The position numbers and the translations under genes are program-made. DNA of 63,188 nt, filler included. It is 5 parts of 5 records of this genome, joined end to end, with 100 filler letters (N's around TTAATTAATTAA, not from the genome) between each part and the next. Parts side by side here need not be neighbours in the genome. Positions count along the whole stretch, not along the records: positions 16,227 to 37,572 come from DRR378314_1403; positions 37,673 to 55,491 come from DRR378314_1405; 3 more parts are not named here. One strand, 5' to 3'. Under the pieces are notes generated by a model. It saw only the letters and a list, made by a program, of their open reading frames with translations. It was not told the origin of the DNA and ran no database searches. Below, one piece after another: positions 33,181 through 44,261 of this stretch. Every line of letters begins with the position of its first letter. The first letter of the stretch is position 1.

Positions 33181-36100
33181 ATGCTCGAAGAACAAGCCGC
33201 ACAACGCCTCCCAATGGTATTGCAGCGGTCCGTTGAACTCCGCATTCCCAGCCGGCGCCTTGCTCGCGTGGCTGTTGCGCTGGCATTCTTGGCGGTCGCC
33301 GCCGCTTTTCAAACTTTGGCAGATGATGTGCACAAGCAAGCTGCTGTTGAGCGTGTAGCTGGACACGAGCGTCATGCTGCTCGTCTGCGATCGCGCGGGG
33401 CTGCGCTTCGCCTGCGCGTCGGTGACCTGCACGTCGAGCGCGTTCCGTCAGCGCACGCAGGCGCCGTTCGCGCGCGTTCGCCGCTTCCCAATCACGCCGC
33501 CACTGCTGACACCATGGAAGCAAGGAGGCGCGAACACGCCTCTCTCGACCGCATGGTGGAAGATCTTCCGCAGTTGAAAACTACTCGCGCTCTGTTCACC
33601 TCGTCTACATGGCACACAAGCCTTCTGCACGAGGACGCGGAGTACAGCGGGGACTCGGCGCTCGCGTCAGCAGTGCACGCCAGCAGCCGCAAAGCGCAAC
33701 CGTTTCTCGTGCACACGCATCAACCCGGCCGCAGCGCGGAAGCGCTGTCGTGTTTGGTAGAGCGACACGAAGCGCACGTCTCGAGCTTCATTCCCGACAG
33801 CGCGGCAGTTGTACATGTTGCGCCCGCCATCATCCATGATGGACGGGCTGCAGCGTGCGGTGTCGACTGGGCAGTCCCGTTCACGCCGTGGCTGAAAATC
33901 GACCCTCTCGACGCGGCCGCCGCAGGCACGGGAGCGCTCGCGGGGCACACGGGGCCGCACAACGCTCGGTTGCATGCGTTTGTTGCTCCTCATGTGCATC
34001 GTAAGGAGAGTATACGTGTGGCAGTCGAAAAACTGGTGTGCAGGTACCTCGACGTTCACCGTGCGTCGCAATGCCGTGCGGGGCATTCTTGCGCAAAGAA
34101 TACCGGTGCAGCACCACATAAGCGCAGCCCGCATGCACCCTCCATCACGATTACCGTTGCACATAGTCGCGGTGATCCGTTGGCAACAGCGACATTACAA
34201 TGGCCGGAGGCTCTGGGCGAGGCCTCTCCCGCAGCATTGCCAGAATGTGAGCGTATCGCGGCGGCAGCGCTTGCCGCGCACCCGGCGGTGGAATGGGTCG
34301 AGGCGGCCCCGGTTGTCACAGTTCAGAATTATTGGACCTCGCGCGTCTTGGAGAGCGGAAACGGCTCAGATACGTCACGCGGGCGCTACATCGCGCGCGA
34401 CTACCACGTGGACGGCTCCGGAGAAATCGTCGGTGTCGGCGACACCGGCGTCGACGTTGCGTCGTGTTTCTTTTCCGACGATAAGCACCCCGTTCAGCTG
34501 GGTGTCTTCAGTGACGCTCATCGAAAGATTGCCTACTACGAGGCAGGACGTGCTGGAAATGAGATCCGCGATGCCGTCGACGGGCACGGCACGCATGTTG
34601 CTGGCAGTATTGCCGGCGCAGCTCCGGGCGGGACATTCGCTTCCGACTTCAATGGCGTTGCACCCGGAGCGCGCCTTGCAATTATGGATCTCGCCCACGG
34701 TGACGAAGTGAAGCGGCTCAATACCCCTGACCACATTGCGCGCGATTATTTCAATGTGCTCTATGGGGCGGGGCGTGCGCGAGTCATATCTTCCTCGTGG
34801 GGGCAGACAAACGGAAGAAATGTGTACTCGCTACTTGCTTACGAAACCGACCGCTTCGCGTACGAGCATCCCGACGCCTTGCTCGTATTTGCTGCTGGGA
34901 ACACCGGGGCCGCGGGGGCGTTCTCTGTGCTGAATCCGTGCCTTGCCAAAAATACGTTGTGTGTCGGTGCGACCCAGAGCGACATGGCATCGTTCTACGA
35001 CTCTGCGCTCGGTTTTCCCCTACTTGCCGTGCGCGAGCATGGAACGGCTGCAACGGAGCCGTGGGTAGCGCTTGGCCGCGCGGCTGCATTCGGCCCGCGT
35101 TTCATTCTCGCTCCGTCGGTGGTCGCCCGCGGCCAGCTTGTTGACATTGCCAGTGACGGTTGCAGCGACCTGGATGACAAGGTGTCTTCGATGGTAAGCG
35201 GCCGTATCGCGCTTGTCCGCCGTGGTGCGTGCACATTTGCAAGCAAAGCGGTGAGAATTGCACATGCCGGTGCTCTTGCGCTGGTTGTTGCAAACACGGA
35301 CGAATCTCTCCCGCTAATGACAGTAGATGTGCGTGAGCTGGCAACACTGCCCAGCGGACAACCTGCGATCCCTTCTGTGATCGTTACCGCATCGACAGCC
35401 GCTCACTTGCAAGCGGCGGCGGCGAGCGGTGCAAATGTGAGCTTGGGACTGGGCGCGGCAGTGGATCTGCAGGCGGGGGCAAGCTTTCGTTCGGTGCACT
35501 CGCCTCGCAACGTACCGTGGTTTTCTGCGCGGGGACCAGCATTTGACGGGCGTCTCAAGCCGGATATATTAGCACCCGGACAGTATGTATGGTCGGCGCG
35601 ATCCACAGCAGGCCAGACCCGCGGATGCGGGAGCAGCCGCGAACGCCCAGACTACGCCGTCCGCGCGTCCGAAGGCACCTCCATGGCGACCCCCATCACG
35701 GCTGGCGCCGCGGCGCTGCTGCGCGACGCTCTTCGCCGCGGCCACTACGTACGCGTCGCAGCTGGCTCGCCGGTGCGCGAGTTTCGTCCTACCGCAGAAT
35801 CTGTCGATGGCGTTGCAGCTCCGACCGGTGCGCTGCTGCGCACCATGCTGATAGCGTCTTCCGCCCCTGTAGCCGGAAGTTATTTGGATCAGCGCGGGAG
35901 GAGCTCCGGTGTCGGCGGTGCGCCAGGCGCGCTGCAGGGCCATGGCGCCGTGCGCCTCGCGCGCGTCCTGCCTCCGCGACAGGCGGCATCGCAGCAAAAC
36001 GTCTCCCCGCACGTGTTCGTTGCCGAGCATCCTGGACTTGCCACCAGCGAGAATGTGACGTTTTGTTTTGCGCTCAACGTCGCGCAGGTTGCTGCAGCCG

Positions 36101-37572
36101 CAAAAGCCAGCGCTGCGGATCCCGACTCCCACGACGGCAGCTCGCTCGTCGCAGCAATCGCGTGGGATGACCCGCCTGCGTCGGCGGCATCTTCGATAGC
36201 CCTTGTCAACGATCTGGACCTTGTTGTGCATGTACGCCGAGAATGGAAAGGCCGTGTCGAATCGCTCGTGTTCATGGGCAATGCCGACCGTGTGCACGGC
36301 GCTCCGTCCGAAGTGCCAGACACACTAAACAACGCCGAGGTCGTCCGCGTACCACTCACAGCTGTGCTCGACGGCTCCCCGAAGAATGTCGTGGTGAGTG
36401 TTGTTGTTCGTGGCGCGCATGTACTGGGCCACTACCCCACCCCTCCGCTTGCGCAACTGCTTGCGGCAAACGTTCCTGCCGGAAAGTCCTGTAACGGACG
36501 ATGCGTTGCGGGAAAGTCGCTAGACGGATCCTGCGCATGCGATGCGCCTTGCCGTCGCTTTGGGGATTGCTGCGCGGACGCCGACCGCCACTGCCCGCCC
36601 CCTGACCCGCTGGCTGGAATCCAGCGTGACGCACGTCGGCAGCCGTTCGCATTCACATTGCGTGGACCAGGTGCCTCCTTGATCGACAGAAATTGCCCCT
36701 CTCTGGTGTGCCCACGCGGGGCCGTATCGGGAAGCCGCGGCGCGCAGCAAGAGTGCTCAGGCCGCGGAACGTGCAAAGCCGACGGGGCGTGTCTGTGTGA
36801 TCCTCCATTTTGGGGAATTGCATGCACAGAGCGCGCGATTGAAGTAACGCGGGATTCGCCAACTTCCGGTACCGTTGCCGTAGACGGTTGGCGGGTGTAC
36901 GTTTTCCGACCGCCAAAGGACGCCAAGCGCGTGCGTGTTTCCGTAGTAAAAACCGGTGGTGGACGCCTGGCTGACCCCGATTGGTATATTCGCGCCAACG
37001 AACCTCCAACGCCGTTGACATTTGATGCAAAGAGCATCCTGTGCGATACGTGTGACGCGACACCTCCGGAGAGAACGGTAGAACTCGGAGACGCCGACGG
37101 TATCGTCCGCGTGTGGTACGTCGCAGTGACAGGGTACGGCGTCGATCCTGCCATGTTTTCGTTCCGCGCGCAATGGGACGGCGGAACAACGGGCCCCGAA
37201 TGCCAGAAGGGATACGTCAAAGTATTCAATGAGTCTGCCGCAACGCCGTTTGAATGCATTGACATTGACGAGTGTGCCCAGCGCACGGACAACTGCAACC
37301 AGGCCGTGGCGACGTGCGAAAACGTTCCCGGATCGTTCCGATGCGTGTGCCGCTCGTCCTCGCCGCCAAAGGATGCCCTCTGCGATCCACCGTCGACTTC
37401 GTTCTGTGGAAATGGACGGATCGACTCAGACGAAGAATGCGACCCTGGGTCTGCAGCAAAGAGTGACCATTGTTGCGATGCATCGACCTGCAAGTTTCGC
37501 CAAGCCGGTACCGTGTGCCGCAACGCATCCGGGCCGTGCGATGCGTCCGAGGTGTGCGACGGCAAGAGCGCC
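33181..37572 (+). CDS. Secreted S8 subtilisin (KP-43/TagC-like) with PA insert, somatomedin B, EGF, PPC-like, Ca-binding EGF and disintegrin domains; 3' truncated by the contig end
   Basis: Triad GVGDTG / DGHGTHVAG / GTSMATP and oxyanion FAAGN. PA: IALVRRGACTFASK. SMB: SCNGRC..CACDAPCRRFGDCCAD. EGF: CSGRGTC..CLCDPPFWGIAC. cbEGF: DIDEC..CENVPGSFRCVC. Disintegrin: CGNGRIDSDEECDPG..CC..C..CR....CD..EVCDG. Hydrophobic N-terminal signal. Confidence 0.92.
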
Positions 37573-37672
37573 NNNNNNNNNNNNNNNNNNNNNNNNNNNN
37601 NNNNNNNNNNNNNNNNTTAATTAATTAANNNNNNNNNNNNNNNNNNNNNNNNNNNNNNNNNNNNNNNNNNNN
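37573..37672. other. Artificial contig spacer
   Basis: N44-TTAATTAATTAA-N44. Confidence 0.99.
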
Positions 37673-37673
37673 A

Positions 37674-38753
37674 TGGAGAATGGCAATTAACCGTTCTGCA
37701 GAAGCAATGACAATTTTTGCAGTATTCCAAGCAGGATTGTTTCCAATTATTCACATGGGACGTCCATGGAATGGATATTGGGTGTTACCTATTCCAAATC
37801 AATTTGGATCATTATGGGTAAACTTTAACTCACCATTATTATGGGATGTTTTTGCAATTTCTACGTATTTATCTGTATCATTAGTTTTCTGGTGGACAGG
37901 TTTATTACCAGATTTTGCAATGATTAGAGATAGAGCTGTTAAGCCTTTTCAAAAGAAAATTTATTCATTATTGTCATTCGGATGGTCTGGTAGAGCAAAA
38001 GATTGGCAACGTTTTGAAGAGGTATCTTTAGTATTAGCAGGATTAGCAACTCCATTAGTATTATCAGTACATACAATTGTATCGATGGACTTCGCAACAT
38101 CTATTAACCCAGGATGGCACTCAACAATTTTCCCACCTTATTTCGTAGCAGGAGCAATCTTCTCTGGATTTGCAATGGTACAAACTTTATTAGGGATTAT
38201 GCGTAAAGTAACAAATTTAGAAAATTACATTACTCGTTTACACGTAGAGTATATGAATATTGTAATTATCTTAACAGGTGGTATTGTAGCAGTTGCATAT
38301 GCTTCTGAATTCTTTATCGCTTGGTATACAGGTTCTCCTTACGAGAATTATACATATATGTCTGTTGGAGCAGCAACTGGACCATATGCTTGGGCATTTT
38401 GGTCGTTGATAATCTTCAACATTTTAATTCCACAAGCATTGTGGTTTAAAAAAGTAAGAAGAAGTTTTATTTGGTCTTTCATTATTTCTATTGCAATTAA
38501 CATTGGAATGTGGTTTGAGCGTTTTGATATTATCGCAATTGTATTAAGTAAAGGGCATTTACCATCTACATGGTGGCGTTTTGAACCAACATTTGTTGAT
38601 GTAGGTATCTTTATTGGAACAATTGGATTCTTCTTTGTATTGTTCTTGTTATATGCTAGAACATTCCCTGTAATTGCTCAGGCAGAGGTAAAAACAATCT
38701 TGAAATCTTCAGGAGAGAATTATAAAAAATTAAGAGACGGAAATCATGAGTAA
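37674..38753 (+). CDS. actC: Alternative complex III subunit ActC (NrfD family), 5' partial
   Basis: WRMAINRSAEAMT, HMGRPW, NFNSPLLWDVFAI, PLVLSVHTIVS, GMWFERF. Frame is open from the contig edge. Confidence 0.93.
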   Translation, partial: WRMAINRSAEAMTIFAVFQAGLFPIIHMGRPWNGYWVLPIPNQFGSLWVNFNSPLLWDVFAISTYLSVSLVFWWTGLLPDFAMIRDRAVKPFQKKIYSLLSFGWSGRAKDWQRFEEVSLVLAGLATPLVLSVHTIVSMDFATSINPGWHSTIFPPYFVAGAIFSGFAMVQTLLGIMRKVTNLENYITRLHVEYMNIVIILTGGIVAVAYASEFFIAWYTGSPYENYTYMSVGAATGPYAWAFWSLIIFNILIPQALWFKKVRRSFIWSFIISIAINIGMWFERFDIIAIVLSKGHLPSTWWRFEPTFVDVGIFIGTIGFFFVLFLLYARTFPVIAQAEVKTILKSSGENYKKLRDGNHE

Positions 38754-39270
38754 TAAAGTTATACACGCATTTTATAATGATGATGAAGTTGTTCTTGATG
38801 CTGTTAAGAAAGTAAAAGCAGCACATCATCATATCGAAGAAGTATTTTGTCCATTTCCAGTTCACGGATTAGACAAAGCAATGGGTTTAGCACCAACTAG
38901 ATTAGCAATTACTGCCTTTATATACGGAATTACTGGTTTAGGAGTAGCAATTTGGATGACAAATTATATGATGATTCAAGATTGGCCACAAGATATTGGA
39001 GGGAAACCAAATTTTGAATGGTGGTTAAACATGCCGGCTTTTGTGCCAATTATGTTTGAATTAACGGTGTTTTTTGCAGCTCACTTAATGGTTATCACTT
39101 TTTATATGAGAAGTAGAATTTGGCCATTTAAAGAAGCAGAAAATCCAGATCCAAGAACTACAGATGATCATTTCTTAATGGAAATTCCAGTACACGATAA
39201 TGAAGATGAATTAACTACATTATTAAAAGAAACAGGAGCTGTAGAAATTAACGTAGTAGAAAAGCACTAA
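38746..39270 (+). CDS. actD: Alternative complex III subunit ActD (DUF3341)
   Basis: PFPVHGLD, DWPQDIGGKP, FELTV; position after actC. Confidence 0.9.
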   Translation: MSNKVIHAFYNDDEVVLDAVKKVKAAHHHIEEVFCPFPVHGLDKAMGLAPTRLAITAFIYGITGLGVAIWMTNYMMIQDWPQDIGGKPNFEWWLNMPAFVPIMFELTVFFAAHLMVITFYMRSRIWPFKEAENPDPRTTDDHFLMEIPVHDNEDELTTLLKETGAVEINVVEKH

Positions 39271-39277
39271 TAAAGAG

Positions 39278-39838
39278 ATGATGAAGAATTTTACAAAAAT
39301 AGTTTTCGCTTTAATAGCATTGGTAACAATAGTTTCATGTGGAGACGTACAACGTAAACCAAGTGTGCAATATATGCCAGACATGTATGTGGCTGTTCCT
39401 TATGAACCAAATGGAGCAAATGGTTTAAATGATAATCCGAATGGATCTAATTTAAAACCTGTAACAGGAACAATATCAAGAGGAAACGTACCATATGATT
39501 ATCCAAATACTAATGATGGATATACAGCAGCTTTGACTGATTTAAAAGCACCATTTGGAGCTACTGAAGAAAATTTAGCTAACGGTAAGAAAATGTATGA
39601 TATATACTGTACATCTTGTCATGGAAAAAATGGTGATGGTAATGGATATTTAGTACAAAGAGATAAATTTAGCGGAATTCCTAATTATAAAGATAGAGCT
39701 ATTACTCAAGGTAGCATTTATCATGTAATTATGTACGGAAGAGGAATTATGGGATCTCATGCTTCTCAGTTAACGGGTAAAGAACGTTGGCAAGTAGTAC
39801 ATTATGTAGAGAAGTTAAGAAACGATTTATTAAAATAA
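39278..39838 (+). CDS. actE: Alternative complex III monoheme cytochrome c lipoprotein ActE
   Basis: Lipobox IVSC, YMPDMY, heme motif CTSCH, distal Met in GRGIMGSH. Confidence 0.92.
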   Translation: MMKNFTKIVFALIALVTIVSCGDVQRKPSVQYMPDMYVAVPYEPNGANGLNDNPNGSNLKPVTGTISRGNVPYDYPNTNDGYTAALTDLKAPFGATEENLANGKKMYDIYCTSCHGKNGDGNGYLVQRDKFSGIPNYKDRAITQGSIYHVIMYGRGIMGSHASQLTGKERWQVVHYVEKLRNDLLK

Positions 39839-39864
39839 GTTTTTAAAAGATAGAATTAAAAGAT

Positions 39865-41274
39865 ATGTATCAATTCTCAGGAAAATTAAAAACATTCTCA
39901 ATTGCTTTAATGATTATTGGAGCTTTAAGTGTAGGATATAGTTTTTTTACTGCACCAAAAACAATTGAAGATGCAAAAGAAATTTTAGCAAGTCAACATG
40001 ATGCTCATGGAGCGACAACTGACCATGGAGTAACTAAAAAAGCTGCTCATGCTAAAGATACGCATAAAGAACCTAAAACAGCATCTCATACATCTGCAGA
40101 TAGCCATGCAGGTGATGAACATGCAGAACATGTTTTGCATGCTCTTCAAAATAAACCATGGGCTGCTTCATATGTAGCCATATTTTTCTTTTTAGGAATT
40201 TCTCTATTAGTATTAGCATTTTATGCTTCACAAAGAGTAGCACAAGCGGGTTGGTCTGTTGTTCTTTTTAGAGTAATGGAAGCAATTTCTGCAAATATAG
40301 TACCTGCAAGTATTTTAATGTTTGTAATGGTAATGACATCTGCAGGACACTTAAATCATCTGTTTACTTGGATGGGTGAAGGAGTTTTTGATCCGACTAG
40401 TGATAAATATGATGCTATAGTTGATGGTAAAAAATGGTGGTTAAATGTACCAGGATGGGCAATTAGATCAGTTGTATATTTAATTGGTTGGAATGTTTAT
40501 AGACATTTTGCTAGAAAATTCTCTATTGCAGAAGATACAGCAAATGATGGGAATAAAACTTATAAAAAGAATTACCATGCATCAGTAATATTTTTAGTAT
40601 TCTTTATGGTTACAGAATCTATGATGTCTTGGGATTGGATTATGGGATTAGATCCACACTGGTTCTCTACTTTATTTGGATGGTATGTTTTAGCAACTTT
40701 ATTAGTAAGTGCATTAACAGTAATTGCTTTTGTTACAATTTATTTAAGAGCAAAAGGACATTTACCATTTGTAAATGATAGTCATATTCATGATTTAGCC
40801 AAGTTTATGTTTGGATTCTCTGTATTCTGGACATACTTATGGTTCGCTCAATTTATGTTAATTTGGTATGCAGATATGTCAGAAGAAACTGTATATTTCA
40901 TTGCAAGATTTAACGAATATAAATTGCCGTTTTTAGGAATGGTTGTTATGAACTTTGTATTCCCAATATTATTATTAATAAACAGTGATTTTAAAAGCAG
41001 ACCTTGGTTTGTTATCATTGGAGGTTTAGTAATTTTAACAGGACATTACATAGATGTATTTGTAATGATAATGCCAGCTACGGTTGGAGATCAATGGTCA
41101 ATTGGTATACCAGAATTAGGAGCTTTAGCTTTCTGTATTGGGCTATTTATATTTGTTACTTTTAGAGCATTTTCTAAAGCAGCACCATTAGCAAAAGGAA
41201 ATCCTTTCTTACATGAAAGTGAGCATTTCCATTATTACAATATTGAACACGAAGGAGAAGAAAATCATCATTAA
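39865..41274 (+). CDS. actF: Alternative complex III subunit ActF
   Basis: Multi-TM; WDWIMGLDPHWFSTLFGW, HDLAKFMF, WTYLWFAQFMLIWY. Confidence 0.9.
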   Translation: MYQFSGKLKTFSIALMIIGALSVGYSFFTAPKTIEDAKEILASQHDAHGATTDHGVTKKAAHAKDTHKEPKTASHTSADSHAGDEHAEHVLHALQNKPWAASYVAIFFFLGISLLVLAFYASQRVAQAGWSVVLFRVMEAISANIVPASILMFVMVMTSAGHLNHLFTWMGEGVFDPTSDKYDAIVDGKKWWLNVPGWAIRSVVYLIGWNVYRHFARKFSIAEDTANDGNKTYKKNYHASVIFLVFFMVTESMMSWDWIMGLDPHWFSTLFGWYVLATLLVSALTVIAFVTIYLRAKGHLPFVNDSHIHDLAKFMFGFSVFWTYLWFAQFMLIWYADMSEETVYFIARFNEYKLPFLGMVVMNFVFPILLLINSDFKSRPWFVIIGGLVILTGHYIDVFVMIMPATVGDQWSIGIPELGALAFCIGLFIFVTFRAFSKAAPLAKGNPFLHESEHFHYYNIEHEGEENHH

Positions 41275-41300
41275 TAATTAAATAATTAAGACAAAATAAT

Positions 41301-42326
41301 ATGCTAGCTTTATTTTATATTTTTATAGCTGTTGCAATAGGTGTAAGCTTTTGGCAAATCACTAGAATTTTAAATTTTAGAACCGTAATTGCTACAGACA
41401 AAGATAATGACACTCAAGGAAAATTATTCCTTTGGTTTACAGCATTCTTATATGCAATGATGATTTATTGCCTAATATTTATGAATGTAATTATGTTACC
41501 AGAATCAGCTTCTTTTGAAGGAGAACATGATGATAACTTATTTAATATTACTTTTATTTTAATTGGAGTAGTTCAATTTATAATGCAATTTTTATTATTC
41601 TATTTTGCATATAAATATAGAGGTAAGAAAGAAAATAAAGCTTTGTTTTATGCAGATAGTCATAAGTTAGAAGCAATTTGGACAATTACTCCTGCAGTAG
41701 TATTAGTTGTTTTAATCGGTTATGGATTATGGCAATGGAATAACATTATGGACTTATCTGATGCTAAAGATCCTTTAGTTATAGAAGTTTATTCAAAGCA
41801 GTTTCAATGGGAAGCTCGTTATGCTGGAGCCGATAATACTTTAGGTAGAGGTAATGTTAACTTTATAAAAGGTGTTAACACAATGGGTGTTGATATGAGC
41901 GATGTAAATGCAAAAGACGATAAAAAAGTTTCTGCTATTGATCCTGTAATGTACTTGCCTAAAGGTAGAAAAGTTGTTTTTAAATTTAGATCTCAAGATG
42001 TATTACACTCTGCATATATGCCACACTTTAGAGCTCAAATGAATTGTGTTCCTGGAATGGTAACTGAGTTTGGGTTTACACCAAAGTATACTACAGAAGA
42101 AATGAGAGTTCAATCTGAAGTAGTAGAAAAAACAGCGATCATTAATAAAATTCGTAAAGACAAAGGAGAAGATCCTTATGAGTTTGACTATGTCTTATTA
42201 TGTAATAAGATTTGTGGTGCATCTCATTATGGAATGCAAATGAAAATTGTTGTTGTTGAACAAGATGAGTTTAACAAATGGTACGCAGAACAACCTACTT
42301 TAGGTGAACAATTAGCTGTAAAATAA
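41301..42326 (+). CDS. coxB: Cytochrome c oxidase subunit II
   Basis: LEAIWT..PA, QFQW, SQDVLHS and CuA site CNKICGASHYGM. Confidence 0.95.
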   Translation: MLALFYIFIAVAIGVSFWQITRILNFRTVIATDKDNDTQGKLFLWFTAFLYAMMIYCLIFMNVIMLPESASFEGEHDDNLFNITFILIGVVQFIMQFLLFYFAYKYRGKKENKALFYADSHKLEAIWTITPAVVLVVLIGYGLWQWNNIMDLSDAKDPLVIEVYSKQFQWEARYAGADNTLGRGNVNFIKGVNTMGVDMSDVNAKDDKKVSAIDPVMYLPKGRKVVFKFRSQDVLHSAYMPHFRAQMNCVPGMVTEFGFTPKYTTEEMRVQSEVVEKTAIINKIRKDKGEDPYEFDYVLLCNKICGASHYGMQMKIVVVEQDEFNKWYAEQPTLGEQLAVK

Positions 42327-42358
42327 GATATTTATAATTAGACAATAAAAAATAAGAT

Positions 42359-44128
42359 ATGTCAGATCATCATCATAAAGAAACATTTGTAACTAAATAT
42401 ATATTTAGTCAAGATCACAAAATGATTTCTAAACAGTTCTTAGTAACTGGTATATTTATGGGAATTATTGGAGTGTTTATGTCTATGCTATTTCGTATGC
42501 AAATTGCATGGCCAGAAAAGTCGTTCACAATTATTGAAGCTTTCTTAGGAAGTCATCAAACTGATGGAGTAATGGACCCAGATATGTATTTAGCATTAGT
42601 TACAATACATGGTACAATTATGGTATTTTTTGTATTAACTGCTGGATTAAGTGGAACGTTTTCAAACCTATTAATTCCATTACAAATTGGTGCTAGAGAT
42701 ATGGCGTCAGGCTTTTTAAACATGTTATCATATTGGTTATTCTTTATTTCTAGTATAATCATGGTAATTTCTTTATTTGTAGAAGCTGGACCAGCTTCTG
42801 CAGGTTGGACAATTTATCCACCTTTAAGTGCTTTACCTCAGGCTATTCCTGGATCAGGTTTAGGAATGACTTTATGGTTAGTATCTATGGCAATATTTAT
42901 TGCTTCTTCTTTAATTGGATCATTGAACTATATCGTTACAATTTTCAATTTAAGAACTAAAGGAATGAAAATGACAAGAATGCCATTAACAATGTGGGCA
43001 TTCTTTATTACTGCAATTATCGGTGTAGTTTCTTTCCCTGTTTTATTATCTGCTGCGTTATTATTAATTTTTGATAGAAGTTTTGGAACATCATTCTACT
43101 TATCAGATATTTTTATTAGTGGAGAAGTATTACATTATCAAGGAGGATCACCAGTATTATTTGAACACTTATTTTGGTTCTTAGGACATCCAGAAGTATA
43201 TATTGTATTATTACCAGCATTAGGAATAACATCAGAAATTATAGCAACAAACTCACGTAAACCTATTTTTGGTTACCGTGCAATGATTGGTTCTATTATG
43301 GCAATTGCATTTTTATCTACAATTGTTTGGGGACACCACATGTTTATTTCAGGTATGAATCCTTTCTTAGGTTCTGTATTTACATTTACAACTTTATTAA
43401 TTGCTATTCCATCTGCGGTAAAAGCATTTAACTATATCACAACATTGTGGAAAGGGAATCTTCAAATGAATCCTGCCATGTTATTTTCTATTGGATTAGT
43501 TTCTACATTTGTTACTGGAGGATTAACAGGATTAGTATTAGGAGATTCGGCTTTAGATATTAACGTTCATGATACATATTTTGTAGTAGCTCACTTCCAT
43601 TTAGTTATGGGTGTGTCAGCAATTTTAGGAATGTTTGCTGGTGTTTATCACTGGTTCCCTAAAATGTATGGTAAAATGATGAACAAAACTTTAGGTTATT
43701 GGCATTTCTGGATTACAATGATTTCTGCTTACGGAGTATTTTTCCCTATGCACTTTATTGGATTAGCAGGTTTACCAAGAAGATATTATACTAATACAAA
43801 TTTCCCAATGTTTGATGACGTTGCTGATGTAAACGTTGTAATTACATTGTTTGCAATCTTAGGAGGTTTAGCACAATTGATTTTCTTAGCAAATTTCTTT
43901 ATCTCTATCTATAGAGGTAAAACAGCTACACAAAATCCTTGGAATTCAAACACATTAGAATGGACTACACCAGTAGAACACATTCATGGAAACTGGCCAG
44001 GTAAAATTCCAGAAGTACACCGTTGGGCTTATGACTATAGTAAGGTTGATGAAAATGGTGAATATATTCATGGTGAAGATTTTGTATTGCAAACAGTACC
44101 ATTGAAAGACGGAGAAGATCCTTCTTAA
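42359..44128 (+). CDS. coxA: Cytochrome c oxidase subunit I (A1 type)
   Basis: DHKMI, TIHG, GWTIYPPLS, FWFLGHPEVY, VWGHH, HDTYFVVAHFH. Confidence 0.97.
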   Translation: MSDHHHKETFVTKYIFSQDHKMISKQFLVTGIFMGIIGVFMSMLFRMQIAWPEKSFTIIEAFLGSHQTDGVMDPDMYLALVTIHGTIMVFFVLTAGLSGTFSNLLIPLQIGARDMASGFLNMLSYWLFFISSIIMVISLFVEAGPASAGWTIYPPLSALPQAIPGSGLGMTLWLVSMAIFIASSLIGSLNYIVTIFNLRTKGMKMTRMPLTMWAFFITAIIGVVSFPVLLSAALLLIFDRSFGTSFYLSDIFISGEVLHYQGGSPVLFEHLFWFLGHPEVYIVLLPALGITSEIIATNSRKPIFGYRAMIGSIMAIAFLSTIVWGHHMFISGMNPFLGSVFTFTTLLIAIPSAVKAFNYITTLWKGNLQMNPAMLFSIGLVSTFVTGGLTGLVLGDSALDINVHDTYFVVAHFHLVMGVSAILGMFAGVYHWFPKMYGKMMNKTLGYWHFWITMISAYGVFFPMHFIGLAGLPRRYYTNTNFPMFDDVADVNVVITLFAILGGLAQLIFLANFFISIYRGKTATQNPWNSNTLEWTTPVEHIHGNWPGKIPEVHRWAYDYSKVDENGEYIHGEDFVLQTVPLKDGEDPS

Positions 44129-44145
44129 ATAAAGAATTTATTATT

Positions 44146-44176
44146 AAAAAGCCTTTCCATTATGGAGAGGCTTTTT
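44146..44176 (+). terminator. Rho-independent terminator after coxA
   Basis: AAAAAGCCTTTCCA-TTA-TGGAGAGGCTTTTT hairpin with a T-tract. Confidence 0.88.
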
Positions 44177-44248
44177 GTTTTTTATTTGTATCTTTTCATT
44201 AGTTATTGCTTTGTAACAAATATCACTTTATAAAAACCTATTTTCAAT

Positions 44249-44256
44249 TATATTTG
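44249..44256 (+). promoter_or_regulatory. Bacteroidota -7 promoter element upstream of ruvB
   Basis: TATATTTG matches TAnnTTTG and is followed by CA; 5 nt before the ATG. Confidence 0.65.
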
Positions 44257-44261
44257 CAATT

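Noticed and set aside
28600-37565. Long antisense or overlapping ORFs (e.g. 30107-31009, 36432-37565)
   Set aside because: Expected by-products of high GC and codon bias opposite real exons.
42195-42240. CuA motif with Lys in place of the usual Glu (CNKICG), and no subunit III in the operon
   Set aside because: To my knowledge both are ordinary for flavobacterial ACIII-aa3 loci, so not novel.
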